From assembly GCA_007133365.1 (NCBI GenBank), contig SLMV01000029.1, positions 276 to 64,275 of the forward strand: a DNA stretch of 64,000 nt. Direction: 5' to 3'. Below the pieces are notes generated by a model. That model had not been told where the DNA came from. It saw only the letters and a program-made list of their open reading frames with translations, and made no database searches. How positions within the stretch are numbered: the stretch's first letter is position 1; every line of letters begins with the position of its first letter. Source of the stretch: Clostridia bacterium. GTDB lineage: Bacteria; Bacillota; Sulfobacillia; SLMV01. Below are positions 35,195-45,857 of the stretch, piece by piece. A program made the translations under genes and the position numbers.

Positions 35195-37024
35195 CTATTT
35201 CTTCGGACAGCCCCCATATCCCTGCAACTCCTTCAAAAGCGATGCCTGCTCCGCCAATAATTCTGGGGGAATCACTTCGCCCGCCCGCTCCTTTTCGGCT
35301 ACCTGCAATTGAAGCCGCTCCAGTCGTTTCTCTTTCGCCCGTTTCAACAAAAACTCAACGGAGTCTGAAAATATCCGTTCGACATCTCCCGGTGGCACCT
35401 CTTCAATCATGAGGCGAGCGACTCGTTTTCGCTCCTCTTCGGTCCGGCATTCATTTAAAGCCTTGACCTGAACATCGGACCACTCCTCCAGTGGCGCATG
35501 CAAAAGAACCTGAGCCACTAACTGATGCACGGTATCGGAAAAATCTTCTGTTGTCAACCGTTCCCTGGCCAACTCCAAGTAACGCGGATCCTGAAGCATC
35601 AGGCGTATGACGAACTGCTCCGCACGATAACGGCCCGTTGGTGGCGTAGACCTCTGCCGTTTCCCCCTCTTATCTGAGGATCCCTTTTCCCGGGCCGACA
35701 ACGAGTGCTCCTGCTGCCGTGTATGTCGAAGATGCGCTCGCACCGCATCTTCCGGCAATCGCAATCGCTCGGCCAGAAAACGAATTCGGTCCGCCCGAAT
35801 GACGGGGTCCTCTTCATGGGTAATCGCGACGGCAAGATCACGAATGACATTCGCTTTGCCCTCTGACTCCGTGACATCGTAACGATTTTGGGCCAACTCC
35901 CATGAAAACTCGAAAAAACTCTTTGCTTCATCCGCCAATGCCTCAAACCGCTCCGAACCCCCCGGTGCATTTAAGACATCGTCCGGATCTTGCCCCTCGG
36001 GAAATTCCATCACACGCAATTGCACCCCGGTGCCATAGAAGTTCTTCATACTCCTCATGACCGCGGTTGCCCCGGCAGCATCCGAATCAAACGCAATCAG
36101 GGCATTACGGGTGTAACGGGCTAAAATTCGACCCTGATACTCCGTCATCGCGGTGCCCATGGTCGCAACGGCTTCTTCCCACCCCGCACTCGCGCAAGCC
36201 AAAACGTCCATATATCCTTCGACAATAATAGCGCGATCCCTGCGCCGGATTTGTTCCCGGGCCAGATTCAATCCGTACCATACTTTGCCTTTGGAAAACA
36301 GTAAGTTTTCTGCGGAATTAAGGTACTTCGGCTCATCATCCCCAAGGACTCGTCCTCCAAAGGCAATCACCCGTCCACTTAGATCCGAGATCGGAAACAT
36401 GATGCGATCCCGAAAGACATCGTAGTAATTGCCCTTCTTCTGACTTCGTTTGATCAAACCGAGCAACTCCGCAGCCCGAAGTGACACATTATGGCGTCTA
36501 AGTTTGGTGCAAAGATTCTGCCAACCGTCCGGCGCATAGCCCAAGCGGTACTTCTGGTGAATCTCGGGCGATATCCCCCGCTTCTCTAGATACTCACGGG
36601 CGCGCGCCCCATCCGCACCATCAAGCTGTTCACCGAAGTACTGTGCCGCAAACTCAGCTAGACGGTAAAGATAGCGCTTCACCCGATCCCGTTGTGATTC
36701 TTGCTCACTAGGCCCCGAATCAACGCTTTCGGGCATACTCAGGCCGGCCCGTTCGGCTAGATATCTTAAAGCTTCTGGAAAGGTCAGCCCCTCAATATCC
36801 ATGACAAAATTGAAAACATCGCCCCCGGCCTGACAACCGAAACAATAGTACAACTGCTTATCCGGTGCGATCGTAAAGGACGGGGTGCGCTCCTCATGAA
36901 AGGGGCAAAGCCCAACCAGGTTCTTTCCCTGGCGCTTGAGAGAAACGAACTGCGATGCCACCTCGACGAGATCGCACTGTTGCCGTACTTCATCGACGAA
37001 CACTTTTGAAACCATCGGGGGCAT
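35195..37024 (-). CDS. dnaG: DNA primase
   Basis: Zinc-ribbon CPFHEERTPSF...CFGCQAGGD, TOPRIM domain, and a C-terminal DnaB-interaction domain. 609 aa. Confidence 0.9.
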   Translation of the reverse strand: MPPMVSKVFVDEVRQQCDLVEVASQFVSLKRQGKNLVGLCPFHEERTPSFTIAPDKQLYYCFGCQAGGDVFNFVMDIEGLTFPEALRYLAERAGLSMPESVDSGPSEQESQRDRVKRYLYRLAEFAAQYFGEQLDGADGARAREYLEKRGISPEIHQKYRLGYAPDGWQNLCTKLRRHNVSLRAAELLGLIKRSQKKGNYYDVFRDRIMFPISDLSGRVIAFGGRVLGDDEPKYLNSAENLLFSKGKVWYGLNLAREQIRRRDRAIIVEGYMDVLACASAGWEEAVATMGTAMTEYQGRILARYTRNALIAFDSDAAGATAVMRSMKNFYGTGVQLRVMEFPEGQDPDDVLNAPGGSERFEALADEAKSFFEFSWELAQNRYDVTESEGKANVIRDLAVAITHEEDPVIRADRIRFLAERLRLPEDAVRAHLRHTRQQEHSLSAREKGSSDKRGKRQRSTPPTGRYRAEQFVIRLMLQDPRYLELARERLTTEDFSDTVHQLVAQVLLHAPLEEWSDVQVKALNECRTEEERKRVARLMIEEVPPGDVERIFSDSVEFLLKRAKEKRLERLQLQVAEKERAGEVIPPELLAEQASLLKELQGYGGCPKK

Positions 37025-37067
37025 CTCCCTCCTATCAGAAGCAATCGATCCAAATCGGCCAATGCCA

Positions 37068-37095
37068 TTTGATGAATAAAATCTGGGGTGTTCAC
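37068..37095 (-). terminator. intrinsic (bidirectional-type) terminator between ppdK and dnaG
   Basis: AAAATCTGGGGTG-tt-CACCCCAGATTTT, a 13-bp perfect palindrome with GC core and A/T flanks. On the minus transcript the stem is followed by UUUUAUUCAUC. It is 115 bp after the ppdK stop. Confidence 0.55.
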
Positions 37096-37209
37096 CCCAG
37101 ATTTTAAAGGCGTAACATTACTTGGGCATCATTCGCGAAGCGTATTCAATATTCCTTCTTCTAAACGGCAAATCGAGGCGGCACGATCATCGTACCGACC
37201 GAACAACCG

Positions 37210-39867
37210 TTACTTCTGATTGGACAAATGGGCTTGTGCGGCAGCCAAGCGTGCCACAGGCACCCGGTACGGAGAGCAGCTGACATAATCCATACCGACG
37301 CGATGACAAAACGCAATCGACCGCGGTTCGCCACCATGCTCGCCGCAAATCCCGATTTTTAGCTCCGGACGAGCGCGCCGTCCTTTATCAATCGCCATTT
37401 CAATCAATTGTCCGACCCCTTCTTCATCCAACACCGCGAAGGGGTTTTCATCCAAGACCCGATCGGATAGATAAATGTGTAAGAATTTGGCCTCGGCATC
37501 ATCGCGGCTAAACCCATAAACCGTTTGGGTAAGATCATTGGTGCCGAAGGAGAAAAAGTCGGCCCGAGCCGCAATTTGATCCGCCACCAAACACGCCCGC
37601 GGGACCTCGATCATGGTCCCCACCAGATAATCGCCCGTATCCCCGCTTTTGGTGTTGATACCATTAATCAACTCGGCGATCCGCTCATATTCACGGTGGT
37701 CGCTGACAAGGGGCACCATGATCTCGGGTAAAACCTGTATGCCTTCCGATTTCACCGTCTCTAGCCCCTCGAGGATCGCCCGCACTTGCATCTCGTAGAT
37801 CTCGGGATAGGCAATTCCCAGACGGCATCCCCGTAAGCCAAGCATGGGATTGACTTCTTCTAGGGCCATCACCTTATCCAACGTCTCCTCTTTTAGGGCA
37901 ATATCATACCGAGATCCTCCCTCTGCCTTTAAGTTTCGTATCTCCTCCCGAAGCGCCTCCGCATCCGGTAGAAACTCATGAAGAGGAGGATCGAGCAGGC
38001 GAATTGTCACGGGCAGTCCGTCCATGGCGCGAAAAATCGCAGTGAAGTCCTCCCGTTGCATGGGGAGAAGTTGCTCCAGCGCCCGTTCCCGCGAGGCCTG
38101 ATCGGCAGCTAAGATCATTTCTTGGACGATGGCAAGACGTTCTGACTGCATAAACATATGCTCCGTCCGGCAAAGACCAATGCCTTCCGCTCCGAATTCC
38201 CGGCTCTTGGTCGCATCGTCGGGGGTATCCGCATTAGCCCGGACGCCGAGCGTACGCACCTCATCCGCCCATTCGAGAAAGGTTTCAAGTTCCTCCGTAA
38301 GGATTGGTTCCACCAGACCCACCTCACCCACATAGATGTGCCCCGTGGTTCCGTCAAGTGTCAAGACGTCCCCTTCCTCAATCCGCTGACCTCCCAGGTC
38401 GGCTTTCTTCGCCGTCACATCGATTCGGAGTTGATCACATCCCACAATACAGGGCTTCCCCATGCCCCGTGCGACGATGGCAGCGTGGCACGTCATGCCG
38501 CCCCGACTGGTCAACACCCCTTGGGCCGCCGCAATCCCGTGGATATCGTCCGGCGTCGTCTCGGGCCGAACCAGAATCACCTTTCGTCCCGCAGCGGTCA
38601 TTTGTTCGGCGGCGTCTGCCGTAAAGACGACGCGTCCTGTCGCTGCCCCCGGGGAGGCCGGCAATCCCGTGCCCAGCGGGTCATCCATGAGATTTTCGTC
38701 AATGCTGGGGTGAAGCAAGATCGACAAATCTTCGGGGTCGACCCGCATGAGGCTCTCTTCCTTCGTGAGGATGCCTTCTTCCGCCATGTCGTGAGCAACC
38801 TTGACCGCAGCACCCACCGTTCGCTTGCCCGATCGCGTCTGTAAAAGGAACAGTTTGCCGGCTTCGACGGTAAATTCAATATCTTGAACATCGCGGTAAT
38901 GAAGCTCTAGCTGGTTTGCGATCCGGCTAAGTTCCTCATAAACATGAGGCATCTCATCTCGGAGATCCGAGATCAGTTTAGGGGTGCGCAGGCCCGCCAC
39001 CACATCCTCCCCTTGAGCATTACTCAAATACTCACCGTAAAGGGCCCGTTCGCCCGTCGAGGGATTTCGCGTGAACAAAACACCCGTTCCACATTGATCG
39101 CCCCGATTCCCAAAAACCATGGATTGCACGTTAACGGCTGTCCCCATGTCGTGCGAAATATCGTGCATATTGCGATAGACCACGGCGCGCGGATTATCCC
39201 AAGAGGAGAAGACCGCTTCAACCGCCGCCAACAGCTGGTCCCAAGGATCTTCCGGGAAGGTTTCCCCGGCCTCCTCTTCATACAAGGCCAAGAAATCTTC
39301 GATGATCCGATCCCAATCATCGATCGAGAGACCATCATCACCGAGGGCTCCGGCGGATTGTCGGACCCGATCCATCTTTCGCTCAAAGGCTCCCACCGGA
39401 ATGCCTCGAACAACGTTACCAAACATTTGGATAAACCGGCGGAAACAATCCCGGGCAAATCGCTCATCATCCGTCATCCGAGCCAAACCAAGGACCGATT
39501 CCCGATTTAATCCGAGGTTTAAGATCGTGTCCATCATTCCGGGCATCGAGATCGGCGCTCCCGAGCGAACCGAGACCAACAACGGCCGCTTCGCCGACCC
39601 AAAACACAGATCGCGTTTTGCTTCAACGCACTCTAGTCCCTCTTTTATTTCCTTTTGAATCGCGCTCGGGATCCGACCGGATTCTCGGTACAAAACCGAA
39701 GCGTCGGTCGTGATGGTAAATCCGGGAGGCACCGGCAAACCCAGCCGACTCATTTCGGCCAAATTGGCACCCTTTCCTCCCAACAAATCCCGCATCTGCG
39801 CGCTTCCTTCCTCAAAATGATAGACAAATTTTTCCGACCTCACCCCATCAGCCACGGCTGAAATCAC
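37210..39867 (-). CDS. ppdK: pyruvate, phosphate dikinase
   Basis: 885 aa with the PEP-utilising enzyme domains. N-terminal FEEGSAQMRDLLGGKGANLAEM. Catalytic His region GGMTCHAAIVARGMGKPCIVG. C-terminal PEP/pyruvate-binding TIM barrel. Confidence 0.9.
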   Translation of the reverse strand: MISAVADGVRSEKFVYHFEEGSAQMRDLLGGKGANLAEMSRLGLPVPPGFTITTDASVLYRESGRIPSAIQKEIKEGLECVEAKRDLCFGSAKRPLLVSVRSGAPISMPGMMDTILNLGLNRESVLGLARMTDDERFARDCFRRFIQMFGNVVRGIPVGAFERKMDRVRQSAGALGDDGLSIDDWDRIIEDFLALYEEEAGETFPEDPWDQLLAAVEAVFSSWDNPRAVVYRNMHDISHDMGTAVNVQSMVFGNRGDQCGTGVLFTRNPSTGERALYGEYLSNAQGEDVVAGLRTPKLISDLRDEMPHVYEELSRIANQLELHYRDVQDIEFTVEAGKLFLLQTRSGKRTVGAAVKVAHDMAEEGILTKEESLMRVDPEDLSILLHPSIDENLMDDPLGTGLPASPGAATGRVVFTADAAEQMTAAGRKVILVRPETTPDDIHGIAAAQGVLTSRGGMTCHAAIVARGMGKPCIVGCDQLRIDVTAKKADLGGQRIEEGDVLTLDGTTGHIYVGEVGLVEPILTEELETFLEWADEVRTLGVRANADTPDDATKSREFGAEGIGLCRTEHMFMQSERLAIVQEMILAADQASRERALEQLLPMQREDFTAIFRAMDGLPVTIRLLDPPLHEFLPDAEALREEIRNLKAEGGSRYDIALKEETLDKVMALEEVNPMLGLRGCRLGIAYPEIYEMQVRAILEGLETVKSEGIQVLPEIMVPLVSDHREYERIAELINGINTKSGDTGDYLVGTMIEVPRACLVADQIAARADFFSFGTNDLTQTVYGFSRDDAEAKFLHIYLSDRVLDENPFAVLDEEGVGQLIEMAIDKGRRARPELKIGICGEHGGEPRSIAFCHRVGMDYVSCSPYRVPVARLAAAQAHLSNQK

Positions 39868-40729
39868 CCCTCCTCATTGTCTCAAGTACCGTTGTTGCCG
39901 TTTCTTCCACCGCTTTTTGTGTGACATCAATCACCGGACATTCGAGCTCATCAAAGATTGAAGTCGCATAGCGAAGCTCCGCTCGAATTCGCTGTAAATC
40001 ATCATATCGGGACGCCTTATTGAGGCCCAGCCGCCGCAGTCGCTGCCGGCGGATCTGCTGTAAGTGCTCCGGCGCGATTGTCAAGCCAATCACGCGTTGC
40101 CGAACGAGAAACAATTCTCGGGGCGGTTGTATTTCCGGCGTTAAGGGATAGTTCGCTGCCTTGACTTCGCGGCGGGCCAGATACATGCAAACGGGGGTCT
40201 TGGAGGTGCGCGATACCCCGGCCAAGACAACGTCAGATTCTAGGAATCCGCGCGGCTCCTTGCCATCATCGTATTTGACAGCAAACTCAACCGCCGCCAC
40301 GCGTCGAAAATACTGCTCATCCATCCGGTGAATCATTCCCGGCTCTTGAAGGGGACGGCGACACAAAACACTTTCCAACGCTGACATCATTGGCCCCATA
40401 ATATCCACGGTCTCTATTTTTGCTTCGTCACACGTGGACTCCATATAATGGCGGACCTCGGGGACCACCAAGGTATAAATGACGAGGCGGCTGCCCGCTT
40501 CTTGCATCCGCTTGACCGCTTCATCCACTTTCTCCTGACTATTTACAAAGGGAATCTTCTTAATTTCCACTTCCTCGAGATTTCCATCAAACTGACTGAT
40601 GGCGGCACGGGCGACGGATTCGGCCGTATCCCCCACCGAGTCGGAAACCACAAAAACCACGGGTGAAGTCACAGGTTCGGATTGATCGTTTTGGTAACGC
40701 GATTGGTTCATCCCGGCAACGCTCCCCAA
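39848..40729 (-). CDS. pyruvate, phosphate dikinase regulatory protein (PDRP, DUF299; bifunctional kinase/pyrophosphorylase)
   Basis: VFVVSDSVGDTAE N-terminus and the P-loop-like GVSRTSKTP. Lies immediately upstream of ppdK with a 20-bp overlap. Confidence 0.85.
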   Translation of the reverse strand: MGSVAGMNQSRYQNDQSEPVTSPVVFVVSDSVGDTAESVARAAISQFDGNLEEVEIKKIPFVNSQEKVDEAVKRMQEAGSRLVIYTLVVPEVRHYMESTCDEAKIETVDIMGPMMSALESVLCRRPLQEPGMIHRMDEQYFRRVAAVEFAVKYDDGKEPRGFLESDVVLAGVSRTSKTPVCMYLARREVKAANYPLTPEIQPPRELFLVRQRVIGLTIAPEHLQQIRRQRLRRLGLNKASRYDDLQRIRAELRYATSIFDELECPVIDVTQKAVEETATTVLETMRRGDFSRG

Positions 40730-42876
40730 TCCATCGGTGTCGCGACATAGCGTGCAATTTGATTGAGTAACGATAAGCGCCGTTTTCGAGTCGGCGCGTC
40801 ATCAACCATCACCTTCGCCGAGTCCAAAAAAGCATCCACCGACGGGCGAAGTTTCGACATCTCCTTTAGAAATTCGGCATACGCTCCTTCATTTAAATAC
40901 CCATCGCCGCGTTCTTTTCGCTCTAGGAAGTCCGCGCAAAGGCGCTGAGCTTCAGGGTGTTCGAAATCATCTGGACGAAGCGGATAATGCGGATCCCCTT
41001 TTTGTCCGAGATTGTGGCATCGGCGCCAGATGGTAACAATATCATCCGCAAGCGGTGATTCGAGAAAACGTGCGACGATCTCGGCTCGTCGCCAAACGTC
41101 GCGCACCTCATCGAAATCCACCGCCAACACGCCATGGGTCAATTCGACCGGATAACCACTCCGAATGAGAAGACGTCCAAGGCGCTCTCGCATATACGCC
41201 ATTAACTCTTTTACCACCGTTTCCCTTCGGCCTTCGTCCAACGGATAGCCGGATACGGCCTGACTGAGAAGAGCCGAAAGCGACGCCCCCTCGAAAGACG
41301 ATAGCAAGCGCAGCACACCGTTACTAGACCGCCGGAGCCCATAGGGATCCTCGGAACCGCTCGCCGATAACGAGGCGCTAAAGGCGCCGGCCAAATCATC
41401 GATCTTGTCCAAAAGGCTCAACCATCTTCCCGCACAGGTCCTTGGTAAATCGGATCGACGGCCAACCGGAAGATAATGTTCACCCACGGCGCGACATACC
41501 GCTTCGTCTTCACCATCGGCTCGCGCATATTCTTCACCGATCCGACCCTGAAGAGTGGGGAATTCTGCCACCATCAAGGTCACCAGGTCTGCCTTTGACA
41601 GGGCAGCGGCTCGCCGCAAAATCCTCGCTGCCTCTTGATCAATGAGCGCCTGATCGTGGAGATAATCAACCAATCCTTGGAGCCGTTCGATCTTATCCGC
41701 CAAACTCCCCAAGGATTCGTGAAAGACCACGTCCCCTAAGTCCGATGCATGCTCCGCCAGGGAACGTTTCCGATCTTCCCTCCAAAAAAAGACCGCATCT
41801 GCCAACCGCGCATTTAATACCAACTCATTGCCCGGCCGAACGGACGCCTTCATTTTGGCGGTTCCGTTGATGACCGACAAGAACGTGGGTGCGAGTTCCC
41901 CTTCCGGCGTCTCGACGGGGAAGAAGCGTAAATGGGCCATCATGGCCGTTTCAATCACCAGACGCGGGACAGACAAAAAGGGATCCGGAATCCTGCCGGC
42001 GAGCACCTCCGGATACTCCACCAGGTGAACCACTTCGTCGAGAACATCGTCGTAAAAAACGGGCTTGCCGTTCGTTTGAGCGGCCACATCGGTCCCGAGT
42101 TTTTGAATCCGCTCACGCCGTCGGTTCGGATCCACGATCACGTCGTGCGATTCCAAACAATCAACGAAGGACCCGGCCCTCTCGATGGTGATTATCCGGG
42201 GACAAAAGCGGGGTCCGTACGTCACACGATCTGCTTTTTGACCGGCAAAATCAACCGAAAGTACTTCATCATCAAAAAGGGCAAGAACCCAGTGGACCGG
42301 ACGCAAAAACTCATGCTGACCCGTTCCCCAACGCATGGTTCGGCGAAACCGGAGCTTCCCCAAAAGGGTCTGAAATTGCTCGGCAAGGATCTCCTGGGCA
42401 GCTCGCCCCGGAATTTGTTTGACCGCATAAACATATCGGCCCTTGTCCTCTTCGCGAATGACCAATTCATCCACCGAAACGCCCTGACCCCGGGAAAAAC
42501 CCTCCGCGGCCTTGGTCGGCTTTCCGTCCTCCCCAAAGGCGATTGATGCCGCCGGACCCCGGACACTTTCTTTTGTTGATCGCCCTTGGGACGAAAGACC
42601 CTCTATCAATACGATCAAACGACGGGGCGTGGCCCAGGCATGAAGGATGTCATATTCTAACCCAGATTTTGTCAAACCGTCCTCGGATTCTTCTTTCATT
42701 TGCTTCAGTGTGCTTGGAATTTGCCCGGCCGGAAGCTCTGCACAGCCGACTTCTAATACCGCCATATGTCCTTGCATCCGGTCATTTCCCTGCATGCGAT
42801 CCCTCCTCAGATGATGCCCGCTCGGCGATTGGGCAATCCATCGCGGCTTCTCGTTGTGCGAGATAACCCGCAGCAC
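40708..42876 (-). CDS. glyS: glycine--tRNA ligase beta subunit
   Basis: 722 aa. Conserved GlyS features. Position directly after glyQ. The real start is probably the internal Met near 42765 ([12 protein letters not shown]). Confidence 0.9.
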   Translation of the reverse strand: MLRVISHNEKPRWIAQSPSGHHLRRDRMQGNDRMQGHMAVLEVGCAELPAGQIPSTLKQMKEESEDGLTKSGLEYDILHAWATPRRLIVLIEGLSSQGRSTKESVRGPAASIAFGEDGKPTKAAEGFSRGQGVSVDELVIREEDKGRYVYAVKQIPGRAAQEILAEQFQTLLGKLRFRRTMRWGTGQHEFLRPVHWVLALFDDEVLSVDFAGQKADRVTYGPRFCPRIITIERAGSFVDCLESHDVIVDPNRRRERIQKLGTDVAAQTNGKPVFYDDVLDEVVHLVEYPEVLAGRIPDPFLSVPRLVIETAMMAHLRFFPVETPEGELAPTFLSVINGTAKMKASVRPGNELVLNARLADAVFFWREDRKRSLAEHASDLGDVVFHESLGSLADKIERLQGLVDYLHDQALIDQEAARILRRAAALSKADLVTLMVAEFPTLQGRIGEEYARADGEDEAVCRAVGEHYLPVGRRSDLPRTCAGRWLSLLDKIDDLAGAFSASLSASGSEDPYGLRRSSNGVLRLLSSFEGASLSALLSQAVSGYPLDEGRRETVVKELMAYMRERLGRLLIRSGYPVELTHGVLAVDFDEVRDVWRRAEIVARFLESPLADDIVTIWRRCHNLGQKGDPHYPLRPDDFEHPEAQRLCADFLERKERGDGYLNEGAYAEFLKEMSKLRPSVDAFLDSAKVMVDDAPTRKRRLSLLNQIARYVATPMDWGALPG

Positions 42877-43843
42877 AACGGCGCGTCAATTCGCGGATCC
42901 GACCAATATAACCGGTGCGCTCCGTCACGCTCAGGGCCCCACGGGCATCAAGAATATTGAAGAGGTGCGAGCACTTCAAAGCATAATCATAGGCGGGAAG
43001 AATAATGTCGGCTTCCAAGCAAGCTTCTGCTTCTTGCTCAAATCCCTTAAAGAAACGAAAGAGCATTTCGACATCGGCCACTTGGAACGAATACTTGGAG
43101 TGTTCATACTCGGCGCGCTGAAACACATCACCGTACCGGACCGAACCATTCCAATCGATATCAAAGACGCTGCTTACACCCTGGAGGAATCCGGCGATCC
43201 GTTCTAAACCGTAGGTAATCTCCACTGGAATTTGGCCGAGATGCATCCCGCCCATCTGCTGAAAAAACGTAAACTGGGTGATTTCCATCGCGTCCAACCA
43301 TACTTCCCAGCCCAGTCCCCACGCTCCGAGCGTCGGTGCCTCCCAGTTATCTTCGACAAACCGGACATCGTGACACGACGGATCAATGCCCAGGGCTTTA
43401 AGGCTCTTTAGATAGACCTCCTGAATGTCGTCGGGGGAGGGTTTGATGACGACTTGATATTGCCAATGCCGATAGAGGCGGACGGGGTTTTCGCCATATC
43501 GGCCATCCGCCGGCCGACGGGACGGCTCGGCATAGGCAACCGCCCAGGGCTCAGACCCCAATGAACGAAAAAAAGTGGTAGGGTGCATGGTACCAGCACC
43601 CTTTTCCACGTCGTATGGCTGTTCCAAAAGGCATCCCTGCTCCTGCCAGAAACTCTGGAGTCGCATGATCATTTCCTGAAAGTTCAACACTATTCCACGG
43701 CCTCCTCGTTCCACCTTTGCGCTTTGAACACCGGCAAACTCAAACCGAGTCGCTTTCTGAGTCCTCATCCTCAGGTTTGGGAGCACGCCCGGGCTCTGCG
43801 CGGCGTTCCACCACAATTGTGCACTCGGCAACCATCGCCGCAA
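42782..43843 (-). CDS. glyQ: glycine--tRNA ligase alpha subunit
   Basis: Almost collinear with Bacillus GlyQ ([16 protein letters not shown]...[12 protein letters not shown]...GRYGENP...). The true start is probably a GTG/TTG at ~43687-43690, after a GGAGG. Confidence 0.9.
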   Translation of the reverse strand: MRRWLPSAQLWWNAAQSPGVLPNLRMRTQKATRFEFAGVQSAKVERGGRGIVLNFQEMIMRLQSFWQEQGCLLEQPYDVEKGAGTMHPTTFFRSLGSEPWAVAYAEPSRRPADGRYGENPVRLYRHWQYQVVIKPSPDDIQEVYLKSLKALGIDPSCHDVRFVEDNWEAPTLGAWGLGWEVWLDAMEITQFTFFQQMGGMHLGQIPVEITYGLERIAGFLQGVSSVFDIDWNGSVRYGDVFQRAEYEHSKYSFQVADVEMLFRFFKGFEQEAEACLEADIILPAYDYALKCSHLFNILDARGALSVTERTGYIGRIRELTRRCAAGYLAQREAAMDCPIAERASSEEGSHAGK

Positions 43844-44165
43844 TGGTGCCTAAAGCCGCCAGCGTCGGCAAAAACAAAGCGCCCAATGTGCCCACGGTAA
43901 CCGGAATTTCAAGGAGCGTCTTATCTCCCTGACGCACGATGACCCGGCGGACATTCCCCTCATGAATCAATTGCTTGACCCGCCGGACGAGCTCATGGCC
44001 CTCCACATGGATACGCTCCGCCCAATCCGGCTCATCCTGGAGTTCTTCCAAATAAATAAGGGCTTCGACCAGATCCCCATCGCATTTTTCCAACGCGTCC
44101 TTGGCCAATCGATAGCTGACGCCCGTTCGGTTTCTGATTTCATCAATCTTTTCCAGGTTCTCCAT
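43740..44165 (-). CDS. DUF4342-like protein with an N-terminal UBA/EF-Ts-N-like domain
   Basis: N-terminal [33 protein letters not shown] (UBA-like). A C-terminal hydrophobic segment [31 protein letters not shown] typical of DUF4342. Confidence 0.5.
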   Translation of the reverse strand: MENLEKIDEIRNRTGVSYRLAKDALEKCDGDLVEALIYLEELQDEPDWAERIHVEGHELVRRVKQLIHEGNVRRVIVRQGDKTLLEIPVTVGTLGALFLPTLAALGTIAAMVAECTIVVERRAEPGRAPKPEDEDSESDSV

Positions 44166-44187
44166 TGGTTTCGCCCCCCATCAATTC

Positions 44188-44940
44188 TTAGTCTAGTATA
44201 TCGAGAAAACGGCGGGACTTCACCGGACGACTGAGATGATATTCGGCAAAGTCCAACATGGTCTCGCGTAGTTGGCGGCATCGCTGAGGATCACAGGAAA
44301 TCGTGTTTAGCTCACGGGGATGGACACCCCGGAGCGACTGAAGAAGCACCCGTGACGCCGACTCCAGCCCCATCCGGCCTCGTCCCTCCGAACACTCCAA
44401 ACATATTACCTGACCCGATGCGAGGTCAAATTGAACATCCCCTCGAAAATGGGCCCCGCAGCGGGAACAAGTTTCGAACGCCGGCAAAAAACCGGCCACT
44501 TTCATCGCTCGGATGATGAAAAACAGCAAAACCAAATCCATCTTTTTCAAACGTAGCAATCCCCGAAAACAGGTCAGCAAGAGGAGGTACAGCGGTTCAT
44601 CCGGATTTTCTTCTTGGGCGAGTTGCTCTCCGACCTCCGCCATGCACGCGGCGTAGATAATCCGTTTGAAGTCGTCTCTTAGTCCCCGAAAACTCTCGAG
44701 CACTTCACCTCCGCGAATGCCATCGAGCGTCCGCCCCCGCCAAAGATCCAGTTGGACCCGATCATAGGGTTGGATCAGTCCACTAAGTTTGCTGACCATC
44801 TTCCCAGCGCCTCGGGCGACCACCCGCTTCTTCCCCTGGTCACGACTGAGCACCGTGACCAAACGATCATGCTCACCTAACGGGCTGCGCTTCAAAATGA
44901 GCGCTTCGATCTTCATCAACTTTAAAGCACCCATCCTCAT
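44188..44940 (-). CDS. recO: DNA repair protein RecO
   Basis: OB-fold N-terminus and a C-terminal zinc motif CSRCG...CLEC. Lies downstream of era, as in Bacillus. Confidence 0.85.
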   Translation of the reverse strand: MRMGALKLMKIEALILKRSPLGEHDRLVTVLSRDQGKKRVVARGAGKMVSKLSGLIQPYDRVQLDLWRGRTLDGIRGGEVLESFRGLRDDFKRIIYAACMAEVGEQLAQEENPDEPLYLLLLTCFRGLLRLKKMDLVLLFFIIRAMKVAGFLPAFETCSRCGAHFRGDVQFDLASGQVICLECSEGRGRMGLESASRVLLQSLRGVHPRELNTISCDPQRCRQLRETMLDFAEYHLSRPVKSRRFLDILD

Positions 44941-45857
44941 TCCTCATCCAATAAACCAAATTCTTGCAAGACGGCGGGTCGGTTGCGCCATCGCTTTTCC
45001 ACCCGCACAAACAAATCGAGATATACCCCGACACCCAACAAGTGCTCGACATCGGTTCGGGCCTGCTCGCCAATTCGCTTAATCATACGCCCGCCTTTTC
45101 CAATCAAAATACCCTTTTGAGAACCCCGTTCAACGATGATGTCCGCGGCAATGTAGAAACGATCATTGGGTCGAGCTTCGGCTTCACGAACGACAACGGC
45201 CGTGGAATAGGGGATCTCTTCCTGGGTAAGTTCTAGGATCTTTTCCCGGACCAACTCACCGGCAAGGTACGTCAGGGGTTGATCGGTCACCATGTCTTCG
45301 GGGAAATAGGGGGGGCCACCGGGGGGAATTCGAGCCACCACCATGTCCAAGAGTTTCGGTATTCGCGCACCGGTGAGGGCGGAGACCCCAATACTCCCAT
45401 CAAAATGGGCAAGTTTCTGGTAAGCAGCCAGGCGTTCATCGAGTTCACCCGCGCAAATCTTATCGGTCTTGTTCACCACCAAAATAGCCGGAGCCGACCC
45501 TCCCGAGAGAAAGTTGGCTGCCCGCTGATCCCCTCGGCCCGGTTTAGACCGGGTACCATCTACGACAAACAGCACCACATCCACATCTTCCAACGCTCCC
45601 CGGGCACCCTTTACCATTTGCTCCCCCAGTTTGTCCTGAGGTTGATGAATACCGGGGGTATCGAGGAATACAATCTGGAGATTGGGTCGGTGCAAGATCC
45701 CCATCGTCCGGTTTCGGGTGGTTTGGGGTTTAGACGACACGATGCTAACTTTTTCTCCCGTTAATGCATTGACCAAGGTGGATTTCCCAACATTCGGGTA
45801 TCCCACCACCGCAACAAATCCGGAAGTAAAATGATTATTCTGGTTCGTGTGACTCAC
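44937..45857 (-). CDS. era: GTPase Era
   Basis: G1 GYPNVGKSTL, G3 DTPG, G4 NKTD, and a C-terminal KH domain. Confidence 0.9.
   Translation of the reverse strand: MSHTNQNNHFTSGFVAVVGYPNVGKSTLVNALTGEKVSIVSSKPQTTRNRTMGILHRPNLQIVFLDTPGIHQPQDKLGEQMVKGARGALEDVDVVLFVVDGTRSKPGRGDQRAANFLSGGSAPAILVVNKTDKICAGELDERLAAYQKLAHFDGSIGVSALTGARIPKLLDMVVARIPPGGPPYFPEDMVTDQPLTYLAGELVREKILELTQEEIPYSTAVVVREAEARPNDRFYIAADIIVERGSQKGILIGKGGRMIKRIGEQARTDVEHLLGVGVYLDLFVRVEKRWRNRPAVLQEFGLLDEE

Noticed and set aside
43776-43802. Plus-strand GCGCGGCGTTCCACCACAATT, whose reverse complement (AATTGTGGTGGAACGCCGCGC) loosely resembles the T-box motif AANNNGGGTGGNACCGCG upstream of glyQ
   Set aside because: It lies inside a well-formed DUF4342/UBA-like coding sequence. 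It deviates from the consensus (TGGTGG for GGGTGG, ACGCCGCG for ACCGCG). No specifier-loop or antiterminator structure can be accommodated in the 50-bp glyQ upstream gap. It is most likely a chance match.
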